Shown: positions 16,091-25,045, counted from the stretch's first letter. The stretch is 64,000 nucleotides of DNA from Clostridia bacterium (GCA_017512905.1 JAFWEL010000076.1:2897-66896); one strand, 5' to 3'. Translations and numbers: made by a program. Notes: generated by a model not told the origin, from the letters alone.

Positions 16091-17590
16091 TTAACGCTGC
16101 ACGACGATCCCGGGATTGGGCAGCAGCACGCTCTTGAGGTAGATGCCCCCCGCCATGGTCTCCGCGGCGCGGCCTTCCACGTAGAAGCGAACGCCGCGGA
16201 TGCCGTCCAGCTGGCACAGGGTGTTGACCATCGCGTAGATCAGGCTGCGCTCCTCCCGGGCGTTCAGCACCTGGCAGCAGCGGTAAAAGGTACCGGAAAG
16301 GTTGACCCGGGCCACGCCGCCGGAGGTCTGTACGCCCAGAATGTCCACCGGCTGTATGCCCTCCGGGATCGGAAAGCGAAGCGCGTCCCCGTCCCCGGCG
16401 GAGTTGATCAGCTCCACCAGCAGGCTGCGGGGAGAGAGGGCGCTGTGCATCGATACGGCGCGCTGCGTGGACTGGAGCATGCCCTCGTTGTTCACCAGGT
16501 ACAGCTTGACGGTGCTGCCCACGCAGTCGGTGAAGTCCCGGCGGTAGATCCGGCCCTCGGGGAACGTCATGAGGGTCTGTCCCCGCTCGCACAGGGTGAT
16601 CGGCTCGCCCTCCACCAGCACCCGCACGGCGTCCAGGTCGGGCAGGAATGAGCACATGGTCATGGCGACGGAGCCGGCCAGCTTCCAGACCTCCAGGCCG
16701 GACAGGGCCATGTAGGTGACCAGGGTCGAGGCGAAGTTCAGATCCAGCACCCGCTCGCCGCTGGAGAGGGTCTGGATTTCCGGGGTTTCGCCCAGTAGCT
16801 CCACCCCCTCGGGAATGGACGGTATGGCGCAGGCCTGCTCGATGGGGCCGGTCCTCAGCGCGTCGAACAGCGCCGCGACAAAGCCCTCCGGGCCGACGGT
16901 GATGGTGCGCAGCTCGGGGATCAACCAGTCGCCGCTGTCGGAGGGGAAGTACAGCAGGGCGGCGCGGACGATGGGGTCCGCCTGACCGTCCTGGGACAGC
17001 CGGTCGCGCTCGGCCTGGAGCTGGGCGTAAGCCGCCGCGACGCTGGTGACCGGCTCGGTCTGCGCGCCCAGAGGCAGCTGGCAGTGGCTTTCGCTGACGT
17101 TGCCGATCAGCACGTTCACGCCGTTGATGCCGTCGATGCCCAGCAGCGTATTGCCGATGGAGGCCTGCAGCGCCAGCAGCTCCTGGGGGTTCTGGGCGTT
17201 TCGGGCGTCGATGGACAGGTTGACCGTCGCGGTGCCGCAGGCGGTTTCACAGGCCAGCATCCGCGTGTCGGCCATGGACTGTATGCTGCGCTCCGCGCCG
17301 CTGTCCAGCAGGGTGGCCACCGCGGCCTGGGGCAGGCTCTGGCCCACATCCCGGGTGATCATGCGCGTCACCGCCGAAAAGCCGGTGCCGTCCTGGGCGG
17401 CGAAGTACAGCGTCACCTCAACGGGGGTGGCGGACAGCTTTTCGCCGAGGATCATGTTCTCCGGTTCCTCCGTGGGCTCCGGCAGGCGGATCTCCGTCAC
17501 GGCCTCCGGTTCCCGGTTGGCGAGGGCGCAGCCGCACAGCAACGCGGCGACGAGGACGTAAATCGCCCCCGCCATGAGCTTTCTGCACAT
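16091..17590 (-). CDS. GerMN domain-containing lipoprotein
   Basis: Lipobox LLCGCA after the signal peptide, and repeated GerMN-like segments (VTLYFA..DGT.., VKLYLVNNEG..). It is the last gene of the regulator-kinase operon. Confidence 0.7.
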   Translation of the reverse strand: MCRKLMAGAIYVLVAALLCGCALANREPEAVTEIRLPEPTEEPENMILGEKLSATPVEVTLYFAAQDGTGFSAVTRMITRDVGQSLPQAAVATLLDSGAERSIQSMADTRMLACETACGTATVNLSIDARNAQNPQELLALQASIGNTLLGIDGINGVNVLIGNVSESHCQLPLGAQTEPVTSVAAAYAQLQAERDRLSQDGQADPIVRAALLYFPSDSGDWLIPELRTITVGPEGFVAALFDALRTGPIEQACAIPSIPEGVELLGETPEIQTLSSGERVLDLNFASTLVTYMALSGLEVWKLAGSVAMTMCSFLPDLDAVRVLVEGEPITLCERGQTLMTFPEGRIYRRDFTDCVGSTVKLYLVNNEGMLQSTQRAVSMHSALSPRSLLVELINSAGDGDALRFPIPEGIQPVDILGVQTSGGVARVNLSGTFYRCCQVLNAREERSLIYAMVNTLCQLDGIRGVRFYVEGRAAETMAGGIYLKSVLLPNPGIVVQR

Positions 17591-17593
17591 ACG

Positions 17594-19087
17594 CTACACC
17601 TCCTGCCTCTTCGCGGCCAACGGCAGCTCGATGATGAACGTGGTGCCCTTGCCGACAGTGCTCTCGGCCTCAATGGTGCCGCCGTGGAGCAGCACAAACT
17701 GCTTGACGATGGAAAGGCCCAGGCCGGTGCCGCCGGTTTCCCGGGAGCGCGCCTTGTCCACACGGTAAAACCGGTCGAAGATGTGGGGCAGGTCCTCCGC
17801 CGGGATGCCCACGCCGGTGTCGCTGACGCGGATGACGGCCTTTCGGCCCGAGCGGGTCAGCGAGCAGTGGACCTCACCGCCCCGGGGGGTATACTTGATG
17901 GCGTTGTCGATGATGTTGTAGACCACCTGCTGCAGCTTCAGGGCGTCGCCGTTGACCTCCAGCGCTTCCTTGGCGACGCATTCCAGCTCGATGCCGCTCT
18001 CCCGCGCCAGCGGCGCCAGGCGCTTTACCTGCTCCTGGAGCAGCGCCGCGATGTCCAGGTTTTCCAGGTTCATCTTGATGCCGCTGTCGATGTTCACCAG
18101 GGTCAGCAGGTCGCTGACGATGCGGTTCAGGCGGTCGATCTCCTTGTTGACGTCGGTCATGAACTCCTTGGCCATGCCGGGGTCCAGCGGGTCCTGGTAC
18201 AGCAGGGTTTCGATCAGGATCTTGATGGTGCTCAGCGGGGTCTTCAGCTCGTGGGAAGCGTTGGAGACGAACTGGCTCCTGGATTTGTCCAGCTGTTCCA
18301 GGCGCTCGGACATCGAGTTGAAGGCCTTGGCGAGGTTCGCGAATTCGTTCCTGCCCCGCACATCCACCCGGGCGGACAGGTCGCCCTGGCTCATCCGGGC
18401 GATGCCCTCATTCAATTCGCCGATGGGCCGGGTGATGGTGCGCAGCATCAGCCCGTTGACCACCAGCACCGCCAGGGCCACGATGGCCATCCAGGCCAGC
18501 ATCTTCAGCTGGATGTCCCGGAGGCTCTCATAGATTTCCTGAACCTGGGAGATGTACACCAGCACGCCCAGCAGGTTGCCGGAGGCGCTGCGGATGCCCC
18601 GGGCATACAGGCCCGTCATGGCATCCGCGCCGGAAAAGGCGTTCATCGCGGCCCTCAGCCAGTAGGCGTTGGTGTTGCCCACGTCATAAAAGCCGTAATC
18701 GCCCTCCGCGCCGTCCAGCACATTGCTTATTTCAGAGGTGATGAAGCGCTGGCCGTTCAGCTGGGAATGGGTGTCCACCTGGACGGTGCACAGCCGGTCC
18801 AGCACCAGCACACGACTCTGCTCGGCCCGGGCGGTCTGCAGGGCGGCGTCGTACATGCCCAGCACGTCCGAGGACGACAAAAGACCGCCGAAGGCCTCCG
18901 AGAGGCTTTCCGCGATGCGCTGGTCGTCCCGCGTGCGCTGGTTAAACAGATATTCGCCTACCAGCTGGATCAACGAAAACCCGATGACGCAGAACGCCAC
19001 GACGATGATCAGCAGATAGGCGATGGTGATCTTCCAGCGTATGGAATGTATGAAGGCTTTAATCCTTGTCAGTGAAATAGTAGCCAA
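17594..19087 (-). CDS. sensor histidine kinase (TM-sensor-TM-HAMP-HisKA-HATPase_c)
   Basis: H-box SHELKTPL, N, G1 (DTGVGI) and G2 (GGTGLGLSI) boxes. The start is uncertain: the TTG at 19087 overlaps the regulator gene end, and the ORF track extends to 19225. Confidence 0.85.
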   Translation of the reverse strand: MATISLTRIKAFIHSIRWKITIAYLLIIVVAFCVIGFSLIQLVGEYLFNQRTRDDQRIAESLSEAFGGLLSSSDVLGMYDAALQTARAEQSRVLVLDRLCTVQVDTHSQLNGQRFITSEISNVLDGAEGDYGFYDVGNTNAYWLRAAMNAFSGADAMTGLYARGIRSASGNLLGVLVYISQVQEIYESLRDIQLKMLAWMAIVALAVLVVNGLMLRTITRPIGELNEGIARMSQGDLSARVDVRGRNEFANLAKAFNSMSERLEQLDKSRSQFVSNASHELKTPLSTIKILIETLLYQDPLDPGMAKEFMTDVNKEIDRLNRIVSDLLTLVNIDSGIKMNLENLDIAALLQEQVKRLAPLARESGIELECVAKEALEVNGDALKLQQVVYNIIDNAIKYTPRGGEVHCSLTRSGRKAVIRVSDTGVGIPAEDLPHIFDRFYRVDKARSRETGGTGLGLSIVKQFVLLHGGTIEAESTVGKGTTFIIELPLAAKRQEV

Positions 19088-19751
19088 CTCCCCACTTGGT
19101 GAAGATATACTCTGGCTGGCTGGGAACCTTTTCGATCTTTTCGCGCAGGCGGCGGATGTGCACGTCCACGGTGCGCAGATCGCCCAGGTAATCGTACTTC
19201 CAGATCGTCTCCAGCAGGTTTTCACGGGAGAAGACCTTGCCCCGGTTGGTGACGAACAGGTGCAGCAAGTCGAATTCCTTGGCCGTCAGGTTGACCTCGC
19301 GGCCGGAGACGGTGACGGAGCGGTTGTTGACGTTCAGCTGCATGTCCCGCACGGTGATCACCCGCTGGCCGTTTTCGCGCTGCATCATCGTGGTGCGGCG
19401 GAAGATGGTGCGGATGCGGGCCTTGACCTCCAGAATGTTGAAGGGCTTGGTCATGTAATCGTCCGCGCCGTATTCCAGGCCCAGGATCTTGTCCATGTCG
19501 TCGCCCTTGGCTGTGAGCATGATGATGGAGACGTTGCTGCGCTCGCGGATGCGCTGGCAAACCTCGATGCCGTCGATCTTGGGCAGCATGACGTCCAACA
19601 GGACCAGGTCATAATGGCCGGCAAAAAACTTGTTCAGCGCTTCCTCGCCGTCCGCGGCGGAATCCGTCTCATAGCTGTCCTGCTCAAGAGAATATTTCAA
19701 TCCTTTTACAATCAGGGGCTCGTCATCGACGATAAGAATCCGCTTGGGCAT
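19059..19751 (-). CDS. OmpR/PhoB-family response regulator (WalR/PhoP-like)
   Basis: Receiver domain (DDE..D..LPKIDG) plus a winged-helix C-terminus DLRTVDVHIRRLREKIE..GVGYYF. Confidence 0.9.
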   Translation of the reverse strand: MPKRILIVDDEPLIVKGLKYSLEQDSYETDSAADGEEALNKFFAGHYDLVLLDVMLPKIDGIEVCQRIRERSNVSIIMLTAKGDDMDKILGLEYGADDYMTKPFNILEVKARIRTIFRRTTMMQRENGQRVITVRDMQLNVNNRSVTVSGREVNLTAKEFDLLHLFVTNRGKVFSRENLLETIWKYDYLGDLRTVDVHIRRLREKIEKVPSQPEYIFTKWGVGYYFTDKD

Positions 19752-19826
19752 GGTATATCCTCCTTTGAAGCCATTGTGACGCTGAAATCAGGCACAATGA
19801 CATCACTAATTCATCAATTTGTTATT

Positions 19827-19855
19827 ATTATAACCCAATCCTGTCATTATTTCAA
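19827..19855 (-). promoter_or_regulatory. SigA-type promoter TTGAAA-17-TATAAT for the two-component operon
   Basis: Exact hexamers and spacing on the minus strand in an AT-rich divergent region. Confidence 0.65.
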
Positions 19856-19992
19856 GTTGTTTTTTTTAAATGTTAGGTTTTTCCTGTGGCGCTGTACAAA
19901 AACGCCCGTTGGTGATAATATAGTAAGGTCGATTATTGTTTGTTGAAGAGATTCCGCGGGCCGGCCGCCTGCGGTTTGAGGAGTATTGCCTG

Positions 19993-21486
19993 ATGCGGTT
20001 TGTCAAGCGTTTCCTGGCGCTGGCGCTGGCGGCGTGGCTGTGCTGCGCGGCGGCCGGCCTGGCCGGGGCAGAATACGACATGAACCAGCCCCAGAACCTG
20101 GACCCCTCCCACCTGTTCGCCGCGTCGGCGCTGTTGGTGGATGAGGATACGGGCGAGGTGCTGTTTTCCAAGGATTCCCGGGTGCGGATGTACCCGGCGA
20201 GCACCACCAAGATCATGACCCTGCTGCTGGGCCTGGAGAGCGGCATCGGCCTGGAGACGGAGGTCACCATACCCGCCGAGGCCGGCGACGTGCCCGAGGG
20301 CAGCTCGGTGGTGCCGGTGAAGCCGGGGGACGTGACGTCCTTCGAGGACCTGCTGTACGGCTTCATGCTCTCCTCCGGCAATGACGGGGCCAACGCCGTG
20401 GCAGTGCTGGTGGACGGAAGCATCGACGCCTTTGTCGGCCACATGAACCGGCGGGCGGAGGAGATCGGCTGCGAGGGCACCCATTACGTCAACGCCCACG
20501 GCTACCACGATGCCCAGCACTACACCACTGCCCAGGACCTGGCGCTGATCTCGCTGGAGGCGATGAAGAATCCGGACTTCCGGAAGATCGTCGCCGCGCC
20601 GAAATGGACCATGCACCTCCAGCGGGATGGCAAGGCCGTGGAGCAGGAGATCGTCTCCAGAAATACTTTGCTCCAAACCGGCGATAAGTATTACTACGCC
20701 GATTGCACCGGCATCAAGACCGGCCACCACAACAAGGCCGGCTGGTGCTTTGTGGGCTCGGCGGAGCGCAACGGCATGCGGGTGATCTGCGTGGTGCTGA
20801 AGTGCGAGGAGGAAATGTCGAAATGGTACGACGCCGCGCGGCTTTTTGAGTACGGCTTCACCCGGTACGAGCGGGTGAAGGAGAGCGCGCTGATTGACGC
20901 GGCCTGGAAGCGACACTATGGGCAGATTCAGGCGGAGAACGCAGATCCGCAGGACAGTCAGGGCGGCACCCTCGCGCTGAACCTCTCCATCAGCGAAGAC
21001 GCGGACGCCACCGTGCCCGTTGTCGCCGGCAGCGAGGCCGCGCTGAACGCCGCTGCAGACCGGCTGGTCTCCGTGGAGTGGGCGCGGGATTTCGCCGCTC
21101 CCATCGAAGCGGACGAGGTGATGGGAACCCTGACCTGCGCGGTGGACGGCACGACGTTGAAGGGAACGCTGACAGCCGCGCGCGCTGTCGCCGCCAAACC
21201 CGAACCCACGCCGACGCCCGCGCCGGAACCGGCAGAGATCGCGCCGGTACCGCAAAACGTCGAACCTCCGGCCCCAGCCGCCCGGCACAGGGGTTCCGGG
21301 CTGGTCGTTTTTGTCATACTGGCCGCGGTACTTTCGGCATCGGGCATCGCCGTCGTGGCGGCGCTGAAGCAGGCGGAGCGCCGCAGGGCGCGTGCCCGCA
21401 GGCGGCGCAAGGTGTCCAGAGGCCGGGCCCAGGGTACGCCGCGGACGGCGCCGCAGACCCAGAGACGCCGCGGCACCGGGTGGTGA
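19993..21486 (+). CDS. D-alanyl-D-alanine carboxypeptidase (S11), paralog 1
   Basis: Signal peptide, SxxK motif PASTTKIMT, SGN motif SSGNDGA, and a C-terminal TM plus Arg-rich tail. The ATG at 19993 follows GAGGAG. Confidence 0.85.
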   Translation: MRFVKRFLALALAAWLCCAAAGLAGAEYDMNQPQNLDPSHLFAASALLVDEDTGEVLFSKDSRVRMYPASTTKIMTLLLGLESGIGLETEVTIPAEAGDVPEGSSVVPVKPGDVTSFEDLLYGFMLSSGNDGANAVAVLVDGSIDAFVGHMNRRAEEIGCEGTHYVNAHGYHDAQHYTTAQDLALISLEAMKNPDFRKIVAAPKWTMHLQRDGKAVEQEIVSRNTLLQTGDKYYYADCTGIKTGHHNKAGWCFVGSAERNGMRVICVVLKCEEEMSKWYDAARLFEYGFTRYERVKESALIDAAWKRHYGQIQAENADPQDSQGGTLALNLSISEDADATVPVVAGSEAALNAAADRLVSVEWARDFAAPIEADEVMGTLTCAVDGTTLKGTLTAARAVAAKPEPTPTPAPEPAEIAPVPQNVEPPAPAARHRGSGLVVFVILAAVLSASGIAVVAALKQAERRRARARRRRKVSRGRAQGTPRTAPQTQRRRGTGW

Positions 21487-21559
21487 GCGCCCAAAACCCG
21501 TTCCGGCACAAAAAAGCCAATAAATATTGAACAGGCGAATGTTTATGAGAGGTATTTCA

Positions 21560-23023
21560 ATGCAACGACGCCTCAGGCGGATTGCGATTCTTTTGGCTGC
21601 GGTCATCGCGCTTCTGTGCGGTGGCGCGCTGGCGGAATCGCCCGCGGATTACAATACAAAGGTGCCCCAGCTGCTGCGGGAGGGGCACCTCTATGCCGAT
21701 TCCGCCATACTGGTGGACGCCACCAGTGGCGACGTGCTGTTCTCCAAGAATGCCCGGGCGCGGATGTATCCCGCTTCCACCACGAAGGTGATGACGCTGC
21801 TGCTGGCCCTTGAGAGCGGCATCGCCATGGACACCACCATCGTCATTCCCCAGCAGGCGGCCCAGATCCCGGCTGACAGCTCGCTCATTCCGGTGTTCCC
21901 GGGCGACATGATGACGTTCCGGGACCTGCTGTACGGCTTCATGCTCACGTCGGGCAACGACGGTGCTAACGCCATCGCGGTGCTGGTCAGCGGCAACGTG
22001 GATGCCTTTGTGGAGCGCATGAACCGACGGGCGAGGGAATTGGGCTGCGAGGACACCCATTTCGCCAACGCCCACGGCTACCACGACCCCCAGCACTATT
22101 CCACCGCCCTGGACCTGGCCCGCATCGCCAGTGAGGGCGTCAAGCTGGACGCCTTCCGGAGGATCACCTCGGCCCCCAGCTATGTGATGAACATCCAGCG
22201 GGGCAACAGCGCCATGGAGCAGCGGGTGACCAACACCAATTCCCTGCTCAAGAGCGACAACACCTATTATTACCCCGATTGCATCGGCGTCAAGACCGGC
22301 TATCACAGCGCGGCGGGCCAGTGCTTCGTGGGCGCGGCGGAGCGGGACGGCGTGCGCCTGGTGACCGTAGACCTGCACAGCGTAGGCTCGGTGGAGAAGT
22401 GGGTGGACACCATTCGCCTGTTCAACTACGGCTTCACCCGCTACACCGGCTATTCCATGGAGCAGATGTTCAACTTCGCCGGCAGCAAGATCGCCACGCT
22501 GCGGGTCTCCAACGCGATCCAGAGCGACCCCTACCAGGGCATGTTGAACCTGAAGATCGCCCAGATCAGCGACCCGGATTACGTCCGCATGGTGGAAAAC
22601 GACAATGAGGCGGCGATGGACGCGGCCATCGACGACTTCGTCACCCGCTGCGAGCTGACGGTCACCTCGGACATGGTCGCGCCCATCTCCAAGGGCGAGA
22701 TCATCGGCAGGCTGAAATACCTGGACCAGTCCGGCAAGGAGATCACGGCGCTGCTGGTGGCCGACCGGAACATCGAGGAGCAGCCGCCGCGCATGAAGCT
22801 GACCGATATCTTCCCGGCGCTGGCCTACTTCGAAAACCCCCTGGTGGTGCTGCTCGCGGTGGTGCTGATCCTGCTGATCGTGCTGCTGGTGGTGGCCGGC
22901 ATTGTCCGTGGCGCGCGCAAGGATCGCCAGCGCAAGAAGATCTACGAGGCCCGGCGACTGGAGTACATGCGCCGCATGAGCGCCCAGCGGCGGCGCGACG
23001 TCCGGAAGCGGCGCAGGCGATAG
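21560..23023 (+). CDS. D-alanyl-D-alanine carboxypeptidase (S11), paralog 2
   Basis: PASTTKVMT, TSGNDGA, and a C-terminal TM plus basic tail. Long stretches of near-identical nucleotides are shared with paralog 1 (for example gacctgctgtacggcttcatgctc). Confidence 0.85.
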   Translation: MQRRLRRIAILLAAVIALLCGGALAESPADYNTKVPQLLREGHLYADSAILVDATSGDVLFSKNARARMYPASTTKVMTLLLALESGIAMDTTIVIPQQAAQIPADSSLIPVFPGDMMTFRDLLYGFMLTSGNDGANAIAVLVSGNVDAFVERMNRRARELGCEDTHFANAHGYHDPQHYSTALDLARIASEGVKLDAFRRITSAPSYVMNIQRGNSAMEQRVTNTNSLLKSDNTYYYPDCIGVKTGYHSAAGQCFVGAAERDGVRLVTVDLHSVGSVEKWVDTIRLFNYGFTRYTGYSMEQMFNFAGSKIATLRVSNAIQSDPYQGMLNLKIAQISDPDYVRMVENDNEAAMDAAIDDFVTRCELTVTSDMVAPISKGEIIGRLKYLDQSGKEITALLVADRNIEEQPPRMKLTDIFPALAYFENPLVVLLAVVLILLIVLLVVAGIVRGARKDRQRKKIYEARRLEYMRRMSAQRRRDVRKRRRR

Positions 23024-23049
23024 GTTTTTTTCCGGCGCCTGTATATTTC

Positions 23050-23089
23050 CCCCCTCACGCCCGATAATAGGTGGTGTGAGGGGGTTTTT
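23050..23089 (+). terminator. intrinsic terminator after the dac paralogs
   Basis: ccccctcac / gtgaggggg forms a 9-bp stem followed by ttttt. The 3' arm contains the only RBS-like sequence for the next gene. Confidence 0.7.
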
Positions 23090-23094
23090 CTATC

Positions 23095-23778
23095 ATGGCA
23101 ACCGTCAAAAGTTTTTTTTTCAGACTTGGCCGCTGGTTGATTGTGCGCTGGAACCGGCTGGTTGAAGGCATAACGGACATTGTGCGCACCCCGCAGAAGC
23201 GGTTGCAGGTGGTTCGCTGCCTGGGTCTGGCGCTGCTGCTGACAGTGCTGGGGCTGGCGTCCCACGCCTGGCGGACGAGGGAAAATGCCGGGGACGCCCC
23301 GTCCCCGACGACACCCCGGGCCGCCGCGGCGATGCTGGGGCCCACCCTTGAGCCCGCGCCGACGCCTGAGCCGGTAACCTGGTCCTGGCCGCTGGAGGGG
23401 GAGTGCCTGGCGGACTATTCACCGGACGCGCCGGTGTGGTCGGAAACCCTGGGCCAGTGGCAGACCCATCCAGGATTGGACATCGCCGGTTCACCCGGCG
23501 AGGCGGTCTATGCCTGCCGGGACGGCGTGGTGTCGGAGGCGTGGAATGACCGGCTGTGGGGGAATGTGGTGGTGATCGGGCATGAGGAGGGCTACGAGTC
23601 CACCTATGCCGGATTGAATACCCTGGAGATGGTCGGGGAGGGAGATGCCGTGAAGGCGGGGCAGGTCATCGCTTCGGTGGGCTGTTCCGCGGCCTGCGAG
23701 GCGGAGCGGGGCTGGCATCTGCACTTTGAATTGACGAAGGACGGGGAGCCGGTGGATTTCAGGGCATTGATCCCCTGA
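23095..23778 (+). CDS. M23 family metallopeptidase (peptidoglycan endopeptidase)
   Basis: HPGLDIAG and GWHLHFEL metal-binding motifs. N-terminal TM anchor. Confidence 0.85.
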   Translation: MATVKSFFFRLGRWLIVRWNRLVEGITDIVRTPQKRLQVVRCLGLALLLTVLGLASHAWRTRENAGDAPSPTTPRAAAAMLGPTLEPAPTPEPVTWSWPLEGECLADYSPDAPVWSETLGQWQTHPGLDIAGSPGEAVYACRDGVVSEAWNDRLWGNVVVIGHEEGYESTYAGLNTLEMVGEGDAVKAGQVIASVGCSAACEAERGWHLHFELTKDGEPVDFRALIP

Positions 23779-23782
23779 ATGC

Positions 23783-23811
23783 TTGAAAACACGGCCCGAT
23801 TGCGGTATAAT
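23783..23811 (+). promoter_or_regulatory. consensus SigA-type promoter TTGAAA-17-TATAAT
   Basis: Exact hexamers and spacing, 5 nt after the M23 stop and 32 nt before the 99-aa ORF. Confidence 0.65.
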
Positions 23812-23843
23812 GGCCTCATTGATCGCAGAAATGAGGGATACCC

Positions 23844-24143
23844 ATGCCGAGACTATGGGCCAGGATCATCAAAAAACACCGCATCGAGAGGCAGGCCACC
23901 GCCGAGTGCGCCTGGGCGGACGCGGAGGATGCGCTGACCGAGCTGTGTCACGAATTCGACATTCCCCGCCCGCTGTGGCTGAACAAGCACTACCGGGAGT
24001 TCGAGGAATTCCGCCGCACCCAGTTCCTGCCGGAGCACTTCATGGAGGACGTGCCCTTCCAGCGCCTGGAGATCGAATTCCTGGAGGATGACGACAGGGC
24101 GCGAAAGAGCAATGATCCCAGGAATCAGTTTGACGGGTATTAA
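23844..24143 (+). CDS. hypothetical acidic protein, 99 aa
   Basis: ORF with a GAGGGA RBS and its own consensus promoter. No family recognised. Confidence 0.55.
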   Translation: MPRLWARIIKKHRIERQATAECAWADAEDALTELCHEFDIPRPLWLNKHYREFEEFRRTQFLPEHFMEDVPFQRLEIEFLEDDDRARKSNDPRNQFDGY

Positions 24144-24144
24144 T

Positions 24145-24300
24145 ACTTAATCTCAATCTAAACAGCAACCCTCTGCGGGTATCTTTTCCGCCCTGCCGTT
24201 GCCTCGCTGCGGTCAACGATGCGTCGCATCGCCTCCCTCCGCTCCGCTTAGGCAGAACGAAAAATCTGCTCCGCATAGGTTTTTTAGATTGTGCTTAGTA
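24145..24300. repeat. TIR-flanked long imperfect palindrome (MITE-like), copy 2
   Basis: The arm tacttaatctcaatctaaacagcaaccctctgcggg pairs with ccgcataggttttttagattgtgcttagta. A central cgatgcg/cgcatcg hairpin is present. The terminal AATCTAAA core resembles the ends of the element at 2095-2278. Confidence 0.5.
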
Positions 24301-24345
24301 TGATGCGTGACCTGGATGCCTAAAGCGGAAATGGAGACGAGACGA

Positions 24346-24383
24346 CCGAGGCCCGGGGAGGACGAATCCTCCCCGGGCCTCGG
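24346..24383. terminator. 17-bp perfect GC-rich hairpin
   Basis: ccgaggcccggggagga-cgaa-tcctccccgggcctcgg, just downstream of the 5'-nucleotidase gene remnant. Confidence 0.5.
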
Positions 24384-24398
24384 TATGTAATGGTACGA

Positions 24399-24725
24399 TC
24401 AGCGAACTGATTCCTCGACAGCCACGATGCGCCCCTGACCATAGGGGGATTCGTATGCGTCGCCTATGACCCCCTTGAGGTCATCCTGGATATAGTGGGC
24501 AACTACGGCATAGTCAGGCTCCCCAGACTGCAGGATTACCTTGCCGCCATCGAACATGGTGAAGCCGTTTCCGCGGTTCAGCAGCAGATAGTCCACGGCG
24601 GCGACCGTGTAGATCTTTTCAGGATTCAGCGGCTCGTCGCCGACCATCACATTTTTGATCCGGTATTCGCCGGTCACGCCGGCAAAGCCGCTGTTCTCGT
24701 CCGTCTGACAGCTGCTTTCGATAGT
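24399..24725 (-). pseudogene. remnant encoding only the C-terminal ~108 aa of a 5'-nucleotidase/UshA-like protein
   Basis: The open frame reads TIESSCQTDENSGFAGVTGEYRIKNVMVGDEPLNPEKIYTVAAVDYLLLNRGNGFTMF.., resembling a 5'-nucleotidase C-terminal domain. It has no metallophosphatase N-terminal part, and the valS promoter lies immediately upstream. Confidence 0.6.
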
Positions 24726-24761
24726 TCAGCGTTAAATAATTGATTCCCTTTGCGTGGCAAA

Positions 24762-24790
24762 TTGACTATTGCCGGAACTTATGCTATAAT
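24762..24790 (+). promoter_or_regulatory. consensus SigA-type promoter TTGACT-17-TATAAT
   Basis: Exact spacing, directly upstream of the T-box leader. Confidence 0.7.
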
Positions 24791-24796
24791 CAACAC

Positions 24797-25045
24797 GCTG
24801 ATGAAAAAGAGGAGTAGCTCCCGCATTTCCCAAGAGAGGGCAGTTCGCTGGCTGAAAGGCTGCCCGGAACCCTGGGGAGCGAAGGTCGCTTTTGAGGTGG
24901 TCGGGTGAACAGACGCTCAGACGCAGAGTAGCCCGGCGGGGCGCGCCCCTTAAAGCGCACAGAGACCGGCGGTTTTGCCGGTGAATGAAGGTGGTACCGC
25001 GGAGTATTCCGCCCTTTGAGGGAGGATGCTCCGCGTTCGTTTTGC
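24797..25045 (+). promoter_or_regulatory. T-box leader (probable valine specifier GUC) with terminator
   Basis: K-turn-like ctgatga, AGAGAG box, and candidate specifier gcgaaGGTCGc. The conserved T-box AATGAAGGTGGTACCGCGG lies at 24984-25003. The terminator cgcggag..ctccgcg is followed by ttcgtttt. valS lies downstream. Confidence 0.85.
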
